DNA from: Phoronis australis
Taxonomy: Eukaryota > Animalia > Phoronida
Length of the DNA: 64,000 nucleotides
Direction: 5' to 3'
Assembly: GCA_002633005.1 (NCBI GenBank)
Contig: NMRA01000496.1
Location: 1-64,000, forward strand
Within the stretch, counting starts at the first letter, position 1. Each line of letters begins with the position of its first letter. The position numbers and the translations under genes were made by a program. Of this stretch, positions 13,807-27,074 are shown in pieces. Below the pieces are notes generated by a model. That model ran no database searches. It had not been told where the DNA came from and saw only the letters and a list, made by a program, of their open reading frames with translations.

Positions 13807-14818
13807 TCATAAAGGTGTAGCACGGGTGACGGGTACGTAACTAAAATTGTCAACATTCCAGCAATTTTTGATGAAATTTGTACGCAAGTTTTTGGTGATT
13901 GCTTTTCCAGTATTTATCCCCCACCCTTCGGTCAAACCACTAAAATTCCCACGCCCACGGTGTGTTACTAAATCGCCAACCACAATGGTGCAGAAGAAGA
14001 CGCGATGAAAGTTTGAAATTGTGGGCCACGTAGACAGGGGAAAAGACTTTTCCAAAGTGGAATTTATTTCTGCCCTACAATAATATTTACGTCCATAAAG
14101 GTCTGTCCTGCTTAGAGAGAAATCAAGTGTAAGTACAACATTCCTCATCCAATCAAAACACATTCCAACAATATTCTTTTGCTCGCCGGTGTAATGTCCT
14201 AAGGCGACAGGTTCTCGTTTAATTCACCTGATTACATAAGCCCGCCATAACTTCAGTCTATTGTATACAAAATCCTTAATCCCAAAGACGCATTGCCATC
14301 TCAGACGTGTCGCTGCATTGGTGTACGTTCAAAAAGATGAATCAAATGTCCAACAACCTCCCATTCACACTAGCAAGAATTCATCAAGGGGAAGAGCGAT
14401 ACTCTCGTTTTGTCCCACTGGATAAAGGTGTGAACCCAAGGGACATCTCCCGAGCACACAATGCGTAGAGAACCAACTCGGATTCATACTCTGGCTCAAA
14501 TGTCAGGTATTTTAAACTAAATTGTTATGGCAAACAGGAGGGCCTACAACGTCGCATATTCAGGATCGTCTTGGGGTCCGCTTCATCGTCCCCATCAACG
14601 TAAGTATAAAGTATGTTTCATACAATATGGAATTGTATTAAAACAGGGAATTCATTAACTGCACGAGTCCCGGCGGATCAAATACCTGTAGTTTGGATCA
14701 AGGAGTAGGGTTAGATGAATGGTTATTTTTCATTTACGTCATTGCCAATTCAAGCCTTTCCAGCCGTTGTAACCGAAACGCTGACTCCTGATTCATACTC
14801 CAATACACCACACTCAAC
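13807..14818 (-). pseudogene. Decayed second ZU5/UPA-like segment
   Basis: Frame-broken fragments GVLEYESGVSVSV, LQVFDPPGLV and FPVLIQFHI resemble ZU5 motifs in the correct order. The downstream ORF ...LTLDFSLSRTDLYGRKYYCRAEI... is beta-rich. Multiple stops. Confidence 0.45.
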
Positions 14819-15712
14819 CTGCAGTCCCACACTCAAAAAAGACAAGAGAAACGAGTAATGTACTTACATGAACCTTCACAGCCCCGTCCATCAGCGTTTC
14901 CTTGTAGATAATTTCCTTCACGCGCAGTCTAACCTTGTCAGCCACAAGTGCACGAACACTAGCTTCAATCATCTCAAAAACTGTACATGCTCTTTCACAA
15001 TGATCCCTTTCAAGTTCAAACCCTTTAGAGGAAATTTGTTTCTTTTTGTCATCCTCAATGCTCCAGCATAAAATTCCAAACAACAACGTGGCGCTATTTA
15101 TCAAACGCATTTTGTAACTTGTACACTCGTGATCAATGTCATCAGTACACTCCACGTCCACGCCATGACAAAATAGTTTAACTATCAACCCTCCATCCTG
15201 TCTTTCTTTTATGTACGGGCATATCCTGCACATGTATGACGCTTCGAGTATATGTTTGATGGTCGTAAACACGCCAGTAGTGATAGGTGATGTGCAATCT
15301 GCCAGCCAAGCAATATTAACCATTGAGCATGTTTTAGAGTAGAAGATTATTTCCTTCCATTGCAGCCTGACATTGCATTCTTCAGTAATGTCCGTCACTT
15401 CACCATCTTTTTCATGCAATATGCGAAAGTCTTCGCTCTTTAGTCGTTGATCATCCACTTTTCCCAACATTGCTGCAACAGTCACTCGCACTTCGACTGG
15501 CTCCGAGAATGTTAGATTTCCATCTGTGCAGGTCACGCATATTCTCTGAGAATAGAGGTTAGCTCTGCCTTGGGTGTCGTAATGCACTGCCCGTGCTAAC
15601 AACAACTGATCTACAAACTCAATTTCTATGTTCCCGGATATTGCATTTGGTGGTACTCTGAGTTGAACCCCTTTGTACCCAAAAACTCCACCGACTGCTC
15701 CATCAATAGTTG
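14814..15712 (-). CDS. ZU5 domain plus UPA-like beta domain exon
   Basis: Extending ORF 14814-15605 to the acceptor CCCTATAG at 15713 gives ATIDGAVGGVFGYKGVQLRVPPNAISGNIEIEF...LYSQRICVTCTDGNLTFSEPVEVRV, the ZU5 signature (GG.L..GV.L.VP.GA ... F..PV.V). A beta-rich segment follows. The frame ends at TGA 14814, or at an alternative donor CAT|GTAAGT at 14867. Confidence 0.8.
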
Positions 15713-15985
15713 CTATAGGGATAGAAATGACATTTATCAGTACTTGGGAAGGATTGCAACGAAAGTCAATTAAGTTCCTCGTTTTCTTAGCAAGTAGCTT
15801 TTATTAGTGATCACTTCAATGTGCAGACTTTGGCACATATTATCTTAGTAATTTTGAATTTCCGTTATCAATTACAATCCGGGAATGAGAAGGTGACGAT
15901 GGCACCCTTTGTCCTTTTTATCGCTATAAATTTGAGAGTAAAAAAGCATGTGTGAGAGTAGCTATTCGGTTAAGCAGAAAAATAC

Positions 15986-16069
15986 CAAGCATTCCCCTTT
16001 TTTCGGAAAGATCGTGCCCCTGAACACGGCCGACCTCGTACTCATTGCTCGGACTGCTTCACTTGGAAG
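15986..16069 (-). CDS. Candidate linker exon (LPSEAVRAMSTRSAVFRGTIFPKKGECL)
   Basis: TTTTAG acceptor; only the phase-0 frame is open; GT donor at 15985-15984. It ends in phase 0, but the next exon starts in phase 1, so the 3' boundary is uncertain. Confidence 0.4.
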
Positions 16070-16247
16070 CTAAAATTGAATTGTTTGTGAGATTTGTTGA
16101 ATGTTGTGCACACTCTATTTTCACGAAAAATCGGGGGCACTTAGACATTCCGGGAGTGACGTCAAACAACCTACATAATTTCTTCTCCCTTCCGTTTGAT
16201 TCAAAGGACCAACTTTAAAATTCCTGAAAAATTACTGAGCGATTAGT

Positions 16248-16618
16248 TTGCAGGGTGGACCTACTGATCTGGTGATACAGGGTGGTTCTACTGGTCTCAA
16301 GACACAGGGTGGTCCTACTGATCTCAAGATACAGGGTGGTTCTACTGATCTCACTATACAGGGTCGTCCTACTGATCTCACGATGCAGGGTGGTCCTACT
16401 GATCTGACGATACAGGGTGATCCTACTAATATGACGATAGTGGGTGGTCCTACTGATCTGAAGATACAGGGTCGTCATAGTGTTCTTACGACAAAGGGTG
16501 GTCCTACTGATCTCACAATACAGGGTCGTCATAGTGTTCTTACGACAAATTGTAGTCCTACTGATCTGACGATACAGGGTCGTCATAGTGTTCGTACGAT
16601 AAAGGGTGGTCCTACATG
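16248..16618. repeat. 27-bp minisatellite (CAGGGTGGTCCTACTGATCTCAAGATA-like)
   Basis: About 13-14 units; explains the repetitive ORFs on both strands. Confidence 0.95.
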
Positions 16619-19485
16619 TCACAACAAACCTTTTTACAGCTTTTAAAATTGTTCAGTACATGTACTACATCTCTAATACCAGAGTATTTAACATGACACG
16701 TGTAAGTTAGACAGACACTAAAAATTCTAAATGAAAGTTTATCTACCATTTCTATACTTAGTTTTAATCTGCACAAGTGGACAAAGATAACAACAGTTTA
16801 CAATAAACGCAAACGTATGACAATAAATGCAACAAAAACCTGTTTCGTTATGCACTATCCTTTCTAACAACTATGGCCTTCCCACTGCATTTCAAGGAAT
16901 CAGTTGCTACCTGGGTGTTGGTGAAATTAAGGGCGATTGGGAACGTATAGTGACTTATGGCAATCGGGAGAGGCACTGCAGTTCTACCACGCCTAAATTG
17001 GGACAAAGATTTATAATGTGCAAATGAACACCACGCCTTTTGTTTTTGTACGAAGGTATATTTTGATGCTAAATTACAAGGTAGGAGAGACAACTTCGAA
17101 GACGCTTCCTAATAACAAGAATTGCCTTGACTCTTTGCAAAGACGCAAATTTTAACTAATTTACCCACTCCAGTAATAAATTAAGGGACAAAACCTTTCT
17201 ATATATTAATTGTACTTTTTTCACTGACTTGTGAAACTGTGACCAAAATATGGAGGAAACTGATCGGGAATTTCCTTGGCTACCAACCACCCGCGTTTCA
17301 AGTCTATTAGGCTACAGACAGGAAACTTACACTGGCCCTGTTTTCAGTAAAACATCCACGCACGTTAAGTTCTCAACAAAGAAAATTCCTCATCAACTCA
17401 AAATATTGAGTTCTTCACCTCAATTTCTTAAACGGGCACGCGTGCTTTTTTAGATAGCCCCCCCACCAGAGCACCGGAGTCTCCCAAATTATCCTTAAAT
17501 GTGACGTTCAATCCTTGATATAAACAACACAATGGATATTCCAAGCCTTAGACAGTCTAACTTCTTCAGAGTATGCGATATATCCGCTTGCAATATTCAA
17601 GATGAACAACTCTCACTTAGCATCCCCATGAAGATTTCAGAAGTTTTACAGTGTCATGCCTCTTTAAGGTCCAGCAGTACTCTAGAAAAGTGTCCAACTT
17701 TATCTACCGCCGCATCTCATCTCAAAAATAAATGACCATATCAATACAAAACTTCACACATCATGCTTTGTCCATTGCTCTCACAAATTTGGATTAAGAA
17801 ATGTTTCTAAATGTCAACAGTTTAGTATGAGGGATTAACAAATATACAAGTAGGACTCAAAAGATTGTTTGAAATGAACACGGAAAAGTAACTAAGAGAA
17901 CTTTAAACAGTGTTCATCACATTAGTCAGTGGTGTTGATACGAATGCGTATTTTGCTTCACTGTATTCATAATTGAACATTCCAATTTCACCAAAAAAAA
18001 AATAGTTTGTTCAGTGATGACCACATTTCTACTGTAGGCCAGGCCCGTAAACTGCCGGCTAGACTTCTGAAACACGTTTAATTCAGGAACGTAATTTTGC
18101 GAAGTCTTGAGATAGCTTGACTTTTTCGAGAGAAAATAGGTATACAAAACGCATTCCAAGTAAACGTCACGAAGAGGAGACAGGTTCACGCTATGAAAAC
18201 TCAATCCTTCTTACCAATTGGCGGTGCAGCAGATTCCGCTGTTTCGAACAGCTCTTCCTGAAACGAAACAAAATTCAACGCACAAAAATAGTTAATAGTA
18301 CAGTAGCGTCTCTTCGAAGTAAATCAATTAACCTGAGCAACAAAATACCTAGGGAAGATCTCAAAATTACCATGTATGGATTTATGCTTTGCGACTTCAC
18401 TGACATTTTCCTCGCTGATAAATTATTTTATTCCTTCCAATAACTATTGTATTTGCCGACATAATAAACAATAGGTAGAAGTCCAGACTAGTTTGCATTG
18501 GAATTTATTCCTTTTAAATACATTAAAATAACACTTTTAAATTTCAAATAGCTGAAGAACAGAGGAATTTCCATTTGGAAGCCTCGGTGCTGCAATGCAA
18601 TAGATTTTGGTGATTTGTTTTTTTTATCATGTAAAAATGAATTGATATGTAGGTTGAAATAAGCATTGATTAAACACTATTCTGCCCTCCGCAGAGTAGG
18701 CGTGTCCACCAATTGACTGAAATCAGTTGAAAAGTCTGTTGACCTAATGACTTTGTGGAAGTCAGCGCATACGCAGAGGGAGAATACCTGAGGAGTTACC
18801 AGTATTTTTCAAAATGATTGACATTTTTAAATCAAAACAGCTTACAAAATAAATGAGAAACTACAGTCAAGAAATTAGCAAGAAGGGCAAACACTGGAAA
18901 ACTAAAATTCGAGAACCGGTAGAAATAATGTGGAATATACTAGAGCTCGACTCATTGGTTTACTTGTAAATCTACGCGGTGACCACTGCGTTTCCAAGTG
19001 TATATTTTCACGGTCAAAAGCATTCATTGACAAGACGGAACCACTACAGTGTAGTTTCCACGTCTAGTGGTATTACACAGTACAAACAAATCGTAAAACA
19101 ACAATATGTAATTACAAACAAAAAGGTAGCGTAATGTGTGTGTCTGTTTGTGTGCGTACGTGGGAGTGGGTGTGGGTGTTAGTGTGCATGTTTGTGTTAT
19201 TTCATCTTGAAATTAGAAATGCCATTTTAGAGAAAGTCCCACGGGATTTCCATTTACCTGATAAATCATAAAAACGATGGAAATGCCGACGCACAAATTT
19301 GCACCAACGGCTTCATTTTTGATCTGAAATTCCGCAACTTTGCGTTTATGCGGTATTAGATGCTGTATTCAAAATTGTGAAAATTACATAAAAACGACTC
19401 CATTTATTAAAACCTTAATATTATCACACAAATACTGTCAACAATACTTATACACTAATCACCCGATAATTTCCATGAATGCTAC

Positions 19486-19569
19486 CTTAAGGAATTCCTT
19501 GATGTTTTCTGCAGTTGATTCCTTGATCCTGCGTCCACGTCCACAAACGTCGTAAGCGGTTTCTACAGC
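19486..19569 (-). CDS. C-terminal capping ankyrin-like exon (AVETAYDVCGRGRRIKESTAENIKEFLK)
   Basis: 84 bp, TTTTGTTGCAG acceptor, AAG|GTAGC donor, phase 0-0; the TAYD...I.EFL pattern is typical of a terminal ankyrin repeat. Confidence 0.75.
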
Positions 19570-19879
19570 CTGCAACAAAATGTTTCAATGGAAGACGAAT
19601 ATTACGTAAAATTACAAGACCCGAGAATTGATCTTATGTAGACATGAACCTACTGCTACTTTCTGCTCTTTCTGAAATTATTGGCAGCAGAAATTGACTT
19701 TTAAATACTTCGTCAACCGCCGATGTAGTGCTAAAATGACCACTACATATTGAGTTATTAATGTCAATAGTTTATGCCAAATACCGATTCTTCCAAAACT
19801 GGCTGTTGCTTATTTTCATCAACACTTTTGTTGTGCTCCTTAGAGACTTGAGAGGAAGCAGAATCGTTGCCATGTAAGC

Positions 19880-20238
19880 ATATACGTGGTGATGTTAGGT
19901 TACACCAAGAAGTGCTGTAGTAGATACAGTGTACCCTGGGGATGCTGAGTTACACGAAAGACTGTTGTAGAACGCACAGTGTACACTGGTGATGCTGGGT
20001 TACACGAAGGAGGTAAGTAGAACATACAGTGTACACTGGTGAGGCTGGGTTACACGAAAGACTGTTGTAGAACATACAGTGTACACTGGAGATGCTGGGT
20101 TACACCAAGGAGTGCTGTAGAACATAGTGTACACTTATGAAGCTGGGTTACACGAAGGAGAGCTGTAGAACAAACAGTGTACACGTGGTTATGCTCGGTT
20201 ACACGAAGGAGCGTGTAGAACATACAGTGTCAACTGGT
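19880..20238. repeat. 50-bp minisatellite
   Basis: Unit GATGCTGGGTTACACGAAGGAG..TGTAGAACATACAGTGTACACTGGT starting at 19891, 19941, 19991, 20041 and 20091. Confidence 0.95.
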
Positions 20239-21539
20239 ATAACCAGTGGGTTGGAGATCAAACACGACGGCCTGACCGCCCCAGAGACTGGCGTTGGACG
20301 TGTAGACCCTGATGTTTATTTGAGCACCAGCCAATCCATGTTAGGTCAGGCCAACCCGCTCTTGAGTGCAGCCATCTAGTATAGGAGTCCCACAAGTTGG
20401 AGCACCGGTCACTGGGTTTTGCAATCCAGCAGGTGGTTTGGAAGATCGATCAATCGTTGATTTCCGCTCGTTATTTCTGACGACAGCGCCACTCGTTTAA
20501 CGGCCCACGAGCAAAACTCAAAGCACATTTCACGTTAGTTACTCCATCATGATAATACGCTCACTAACACCTTTTCGAGCAACGTGTTAAGTCATTTATG
20601 GACTGTTGATATTATTGGTGTTCCACAGTAATTTTATGTGGTAACCTGAGACTAGACTATTTTTTTCTGAGTTACAAAACAATATGTGATATCACTGGTC
20701 CACATTTTGATCACGTGATTAGTATAATGTTGGGATTGTTTTCTTTCACAGAGGTAATTCCTAATAACAGGATCACCCTAAAGTCTAAAAGTCCATTTTT
20801 GTTCCAACATGATATGTACATGTAGGCTTGGTTGATGTTACACGAAACAAAGGCACAGAGAGCTTACTTGTTATGAAATAATCTGAAGAAGTACATTGTA
20901 ATGGATTAGAAAAGGAATTGCCAATAAAAGAAAAAATCATTAGGACAGCAGTATGAACGGAAGTGTCGAAAATGAAAAATACAACATGACATATTTTCAG
21001 ACTCAAGATAGGACAAACGTTGTACCACAATCGTCATTATTAAAAACAGTGGGAAAACAAGCAAATCATTTTACAAACGTCGGACCTTATTCAGACTTTG
21101 TGTTCACAGCCCATCTGGCAATGAGACCATTTTCTCTGACATTTCTCAATTGGTGATTTTACAGACTCTTTGTCTTCTGGATTTTGGTAGGTGCGCCTTA
21201 AACCACTGCGGTGTGACATTTGACCCACCATTCCAAGTTGTTTTTAATATGGTAGACCGGTTTCACGCCGGTTTAACTTCGGAATTTAAGAGGACACTTC
21301 AGTGGCTCTTTAACTGGATTGCAATGGTGCGATAACAATATTGTGTTATGGCATGACTCGGAAATATTCAGTAATTTACTGGTGAAAAAATTCTGAGAGA
21401 GTTGTATTAACACCGCAGTCAGAATCGATGTTTTCAATGAAATTATGCCTTCCACTCTAATAAGAATTTCATAATATTCCTTTCTGCGATATGATTCTAT
21501 TTCTGTCAACAACAATGACATCTAAATCATCAGTCTCTG

Positions 21540-21693
21540 GAGTTGACCATACCGTAAATTGTGCATTCTAAAGTAGCGCAAGACAGTGTACTCATCGCCT
21601 TCCACTCGAATTGACCATACCATAAGTTGTGCACTCGAAAGTAGCGCTAGTGTACTCATTGCCTTCAACTCGAGTTGTTCATCTCATAAGTTG
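21540..21693. repeat. Short degenerate tandem repeat (~65-68 bp, ~2.3 copies)
   Basis: Repeated GA(G/A)TTGACCATACC...AAAGTAGCGC..GTGTACTCAT..CCTTC.ACTCG. Confidence 0.8.
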
Positions 21694-24600
21694 CGACTTC
21701 ACGCCAATAATGCCCACCAACTTGAACTTCGTTTTTAGCCAGATAAACAGGGTGAAAGATTTGAGTGCATCTGTACTTAGAGATTAGACCCCTTGGCCAG
21801 AGTGCAAGACATAAGGTAAGAATTTTTTAAATTTTATTTTAAAAAATTATTAAAGAACTTCAAAAACCTAGAAGATCAACTTCAAAATCTACTCTTTCCA
21901 TTGATTTAAAGTACTAAGCGAACCAGAGGTTTCAGGGGATATTTCTAAGCATCTCATTACCTTTCTTGCATACTTCACGTTTTATTCAAATTTTCAAAGT
22001 AAATAAATATTTGTGTTCAAAGTGAAATGAAAACTGGATGCCAAATACTGCCAAGCAGGATTTTGTAAGGCTGTGGCCACTTTTGGACATAACACGGTTG
22101 AGAAGAAATTTGGGGAAGACCAACATGCCGTCAGCGTTTTGACTGCAACATAAACCGACGCACCATTTGTCAGTGCCCAAGTCCCCTACGCATGAAGTAC
22201 GAGAGACTTGATTTATTAGATAGTACAAAGCAGTGACTATAATTACGAGGTGGAAAAGATTGCAGTGACATTACAGTCTAGCTCCAGTGTACTACCATCT
22301 GGACCGCAATTGGGAACTAGAAATCACCAAATTTGGAGAAATGCACGATTAGTTTAAGTCCAAGCACCAATTCGCAATGTTTCATGCAAGTTGACAAAAC
22401 GCTTAGGTCTGGCACAGGGGGTTAGTGGGTGCTGAGCGTTTTGTTGGTTTTCGCTATATGCGGACGACGTAAGGATTATAATGACGTGTATGCAAGTTAA
22501 AAATGTTTCAGGTTTGCAAACGAGTCTCCAATTTGTAAGTAATTAGAAATAGTAATTCGTGAATCGTAGACTTTCGTCGATATTTTCAGATAAGCAAACA
22601 TGCAAACCAATAGCAACGAATCATTCCCATGTTGCTTCAATTCACACACAGTTATCAAATTAAATGAAACTACAACTCTCCATTTTTCTACACGTTTAGT
22701 TGCAAGGTTTTCGTTGAAGTCTGCATTGTTCAGCAAGGACCTCTTCGGCAATTCATCTAGGTATGAGTTCAAGTTTGTCTAGCAGTTTGTAAGTAAAAGT
22801 TGTAGGAGATCGAAGTTCTCAAAGCTGAGTTTGGGTCCCCTTAATTGTTTGAAATTTAGGTGAGAAAGGTTTTTCTGAGATCAACCTCAGCGTGGAGTCA
22901 ACATTCAACACCCGCAATGGCAGTCTTACGCCCTGTTAGCGCAGTTTCTCCGCTTCACACTTTACACTTAACTTAAAGTCCTTCTTGCAAACTGCCCATG
23001 TGGTTCCAGTATCCGAAAATATTTACTACATAAATTCTTATTTTCGACACCCTTTCTTTATATTCCTTTCGCCTTTCTTGCCAAAAACGATTTTTCAACC
23101 GTATTTGACCCTTTTCTCTGAGCGTATGATCATCGGTTATTTCCGTACCCACATTTCCGGCTCATCAGTTCAGGAACTTGTCCTGAAAGCCGCCATTTTT
23201 TCCTCGTAACTGAATGTGCTATCGCTTGCTCGAAAAGTCTTCATTATTTTGTTCTATTAGTAATATCTCGTGATTCGTTTGCATATGTAATGTATTTATA
23301 GTTTGTAGTTAGTGGTCGTTGATGTTTTTTGGAATGTTACGCGTACTTAGTATGTTAAAATAGCATTGGTGTTTAGTTCCTTACGTAGGCCGGTCGAACC
23401 TAGGAACCAATATGGGTCGAACCTTTTTTTTTTTCGGTTTTATTTTTTTTCTCGTTTTGAAAAAGTACTTTGCTATCATCGGAAAGGTAGTGCATTCTAC
23501 TCAGTAAAAATCAAAAAAGTATCAAAATCTGGGCAAGCAGTGTAAAGTTAATGCAAGTTTTGTGGCGAAATTTGGGTCACTTTGTTTGGATCGCGTCGGC
23601 CATATTGGAGGACAGCGGGATAAGTTACGAGTTTAAAACTTTGTGTAAATTGTTTTCGCCAACAAATTACGGTGAAATTTAGTTAGACATATCTTTACTT
23701 ACTATTCTGCACGATTTAACAGTGTTCACCAAATTTCAGCCTCGCAGTTGTTACTCATTAAGTGATAAATGTGCTCACAATTCCCGTTGGACTTCGTCTC
23801 ATTTCTGGCGGCACCGACAACATGGCGACTTTTGCTGAACTCAAAGGCACGTTCAATCGGCTACTTTGTAATTTGTGAAGATTTAATGTTGATACATTTT
23901 GACAAACGTTGCTACAAAAAAGAAACTTTGTTCAATTTTCGTGTTTTTTGTGCAAAAATCTAAGATGTATTTGAATTATTTTTCTGTAAATTTCCCATTC
24001 AGGTGATCTTACACTAAGCTGAAAAAATAGTTGAAATAATTTTGAAATGTTTTTTGTTTGACTGTCAACTGCTGTTCAAGACTTGATTCGGTGTCACAAA
24101 ATGATTCATATTTTTCTAAATTTTAAGTATGTCCACTTTTATATCATGGAAACTGTTGCTGTTGAATAGTGTTTGTAATGCTAAATGTAAAGTATCGTGC
24201 ATTTTAAGTTACTTATTATGTTAAAATTTTGAATCATTTTGGGTTAATGAATAAAAAATGATAACATGTTGTATTGGACTTGTCATACTTATGTGCTCGA
24301 ACGAACCCCCTTTTTGGAGAACTGGAAAAAGGTCTGCCTCAGTCACAAAAGCACGAATTCCGAAAAAAGTAGAAAATGAGACAATATTCCACATAATACA
24401 GGAAATACCAAAATTTAGAGTCTGCAATTCATAGCTCTGAACATACCCACTGAATCTTACAGTAAAAGATAGACATTCCTAAAAATTCCAGCCCCCCCCC
24501 ATTCTCTTAGGCTTGGTGCGCTCATACAAAGTCTGGGAAAATCTCTATTGAAAGCCAACAACTTTGCACAGTTCGCCAGAAGTACCCAAGTTCTAAATAA

Positions 24601-27074
24601 ACCTCGTTTGAGCGAGCGCTGTGGCCAGCGACCAGTTAGGCCTAAGGGTAGCCTTGGCGCAAAGCTGTATAGGCCTAACAAGCTGTATTTTGACGATAGT
24701 CTTCACTGGTTGCTGGTGACTGAGACTAACTAAAGTCTGCCGCGGCAGTGTTACACAGGACTAACCAGCCCGTAATTTCATGCAAGTATCTGAAACTACC
24801 CTTGAATATATGCAGCATTTATCATTTGACCATTTTACTTCGACGAAACAGCTTGCAACCGCATGCATTTACCGTTCGCCAGTGTCTGGTCTCGATCCGC
24901 ACCGGGTCCGATAGGCTGCGGTCCCGAGTCTGGCAAAATAATTTCTGTCAAAATTTATTCGCCACATTTCTTCAGCAAATTCCATAAAATTGTCCGTAGT
25001 TTGATTTTATCAAAATTAAGGCGCGCTGTCGATTTTTTTATCCCCGTTTGCTGGCTGGTAACAGTACAGGCACTGCTCCAGTCGCACTGACGGCGTTTTC
25101 TCGGCCTGGGTTCCTGAATGAATTGTACTTCGGGTTCCGCGGCAAGTTCAAAATGGCGGTGGTTCTTCGGGTGCGAATCGTGAGTGGCGCGTTCATTTAA
25201 ACTTTTTTCGAGTACGGATCGTGTATTAGTTATGGGGTAGGTACTTCTTGGATCCTTATAACATCTTCTAACCATGTAATAAGGGTTAACAACGCGTGAG
25301 AGAAGGACTTTAACGATTGCTGTTCATATATGTGCGCGTCCAAAAACAGGCCAAAACACCTGCACACGCCGAACGATGCTGTTGTCCAAATTATATAATT
25401 CTGTTCAAATGCTTTGCACGTACAGTGTAGATGCGTGTGTTTCAATTCATTTGTTGGTCCAGGTGCCTTTCGTAAACGGGATGTTTTTATTTTATTTTTT
25501 CATCAAGGGTCAGTACTTTGCATTTGACTAAATGTACGTCAATGTTTGCCATTTTGCATCGCATAAACACAATCAAGGCGCATGGCATAAATACGCGCAC
25601 ACGCAGCAAGCGGAACGATAAAGATGAATGGCTGCATTCATGTTACTTGGGCAGGTACAGTGTCGTATTAATGAGCAAAAGTGAGAGTATGGTTCGTGCT
25701 TATATCTCAGACAATCAGAGGTTGACAGGGGTATTTTCTTGAGTGCAGGCCGGGCGTCAGCGTCAAAGCTCGGCTAAGTTTAACTTTTTGTCAAGTTGCA
25801 AAAGTTTTTGATTTAACGACAAGCTGAAACATGTGCAGCTACATTGGGAAGATAGGATTTTCAGCAATACAGTCAAATCTTAAGAAATTTGAGTATGTTA
25901 ACATATAATCACGCTCCCTTAAAATCCACTGAAATGTCTGTTGACACAGTCAGTACATGTTTTCCGTGGGGGGCAGTCGTGGAAATTTATCGGTAAAAGG
26001 GACAATAGCTCATTTGAAGAGAACATCAGAATCAAAGGATGAAGCAACCATAGTTGAATTTTCAATTTTGAGGCCAAGAACCGACGACTTTTCATTTTAT
26101 ATCATTGTCAACAGGGACAGCACCACCCCTTTCAAATGACCGATAATTCACCAGACTGCAAGCTGCTTCGTGCAGTACAGTGTCGCAACCCTTTGAGAAG
26201 TTTAAAAAGCCTCTTCAACAAGTTTGAATTGCTCTGAAGAGTCGTTTTAAAAGAGTGGCGTAACATTTATCAAACTAAAAAGATCATCAGGGGAAAATCT
26301 TAATCCAGTATTTTCATATAGGATCTTATCTTATGCTTCATTCATACAGTAAATTAAGTTGTATGTCTTTGTATGTGCGCATGCTTTTGCGTACTTTTGT
26401 ATAATTTTTTAATTCTACTCAATTCACTGTATCAAAATTATCCACTGCCAGACAATTTCAGTGGCGGAGTGAACTCAGTATTTTGATTTGCAATTAAAGC
26501 TTCGCTCATAAATTACGGTCACAGACAACTAGGGGAATCAGTCAAGATAAAGGGCACCAATCTCTATCAACATTTCCGCGACAATGATGGATGTATTTCT
26601 TGTCCCGACACTCCCAAGTTATGCTTCTGATCAAGACTGTTTCACAAGAAGTTCACTGTATATCATATTTAAAAGTAAACCCAACTTCACCGACACATGT
26701 AGACCATCGAGACTTGCAAACAACACTATGCTTAGTTTAAACAACAAGGCGCAATTAACAGCAGGCATTTGGTGACTTAAAGGTTTCTTTTTTAGAGAGT
26801 TTCGGTCAATTTTAAGGTTTTTAATGAATCAGACAATTTAGCCTGATGTCGCTTGTGCGAAGAAACATTAAAAACAGTGCATAGCACAAAATTAACCGTC
26901 CGAATGAAACCGACGTGAACCAACATATTTCGTGGCACCGTGTAAAACTAAACATCAACATTGAAATGATGAAATATATCATTACAGCCTTAGAAGTTTT
27001 TGCAACTACATGATACAACTGATAAAACTAAAACTGATACTTTACTAACGGGAAGATAACACCACATCGAAAAG

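Noticed and set aside
14400-14606. Plus-strand exon-like segments with GT donors
   Set aside because: No recognisable protein; better explained as the antisense of decayed minus-strand coding sequence.
16215-16646. Repetitive ORFs QGGPTDL and ISRTTLY on both strands
   Set aside because: 27-bp minisatellite; no convincing splice context or domain.
24955-25275. 106-aa ORF in a CpG-rich intronic patch
   Set aside because: No recognisable motif or phase-compatible splice sites; probably repeat-derived.
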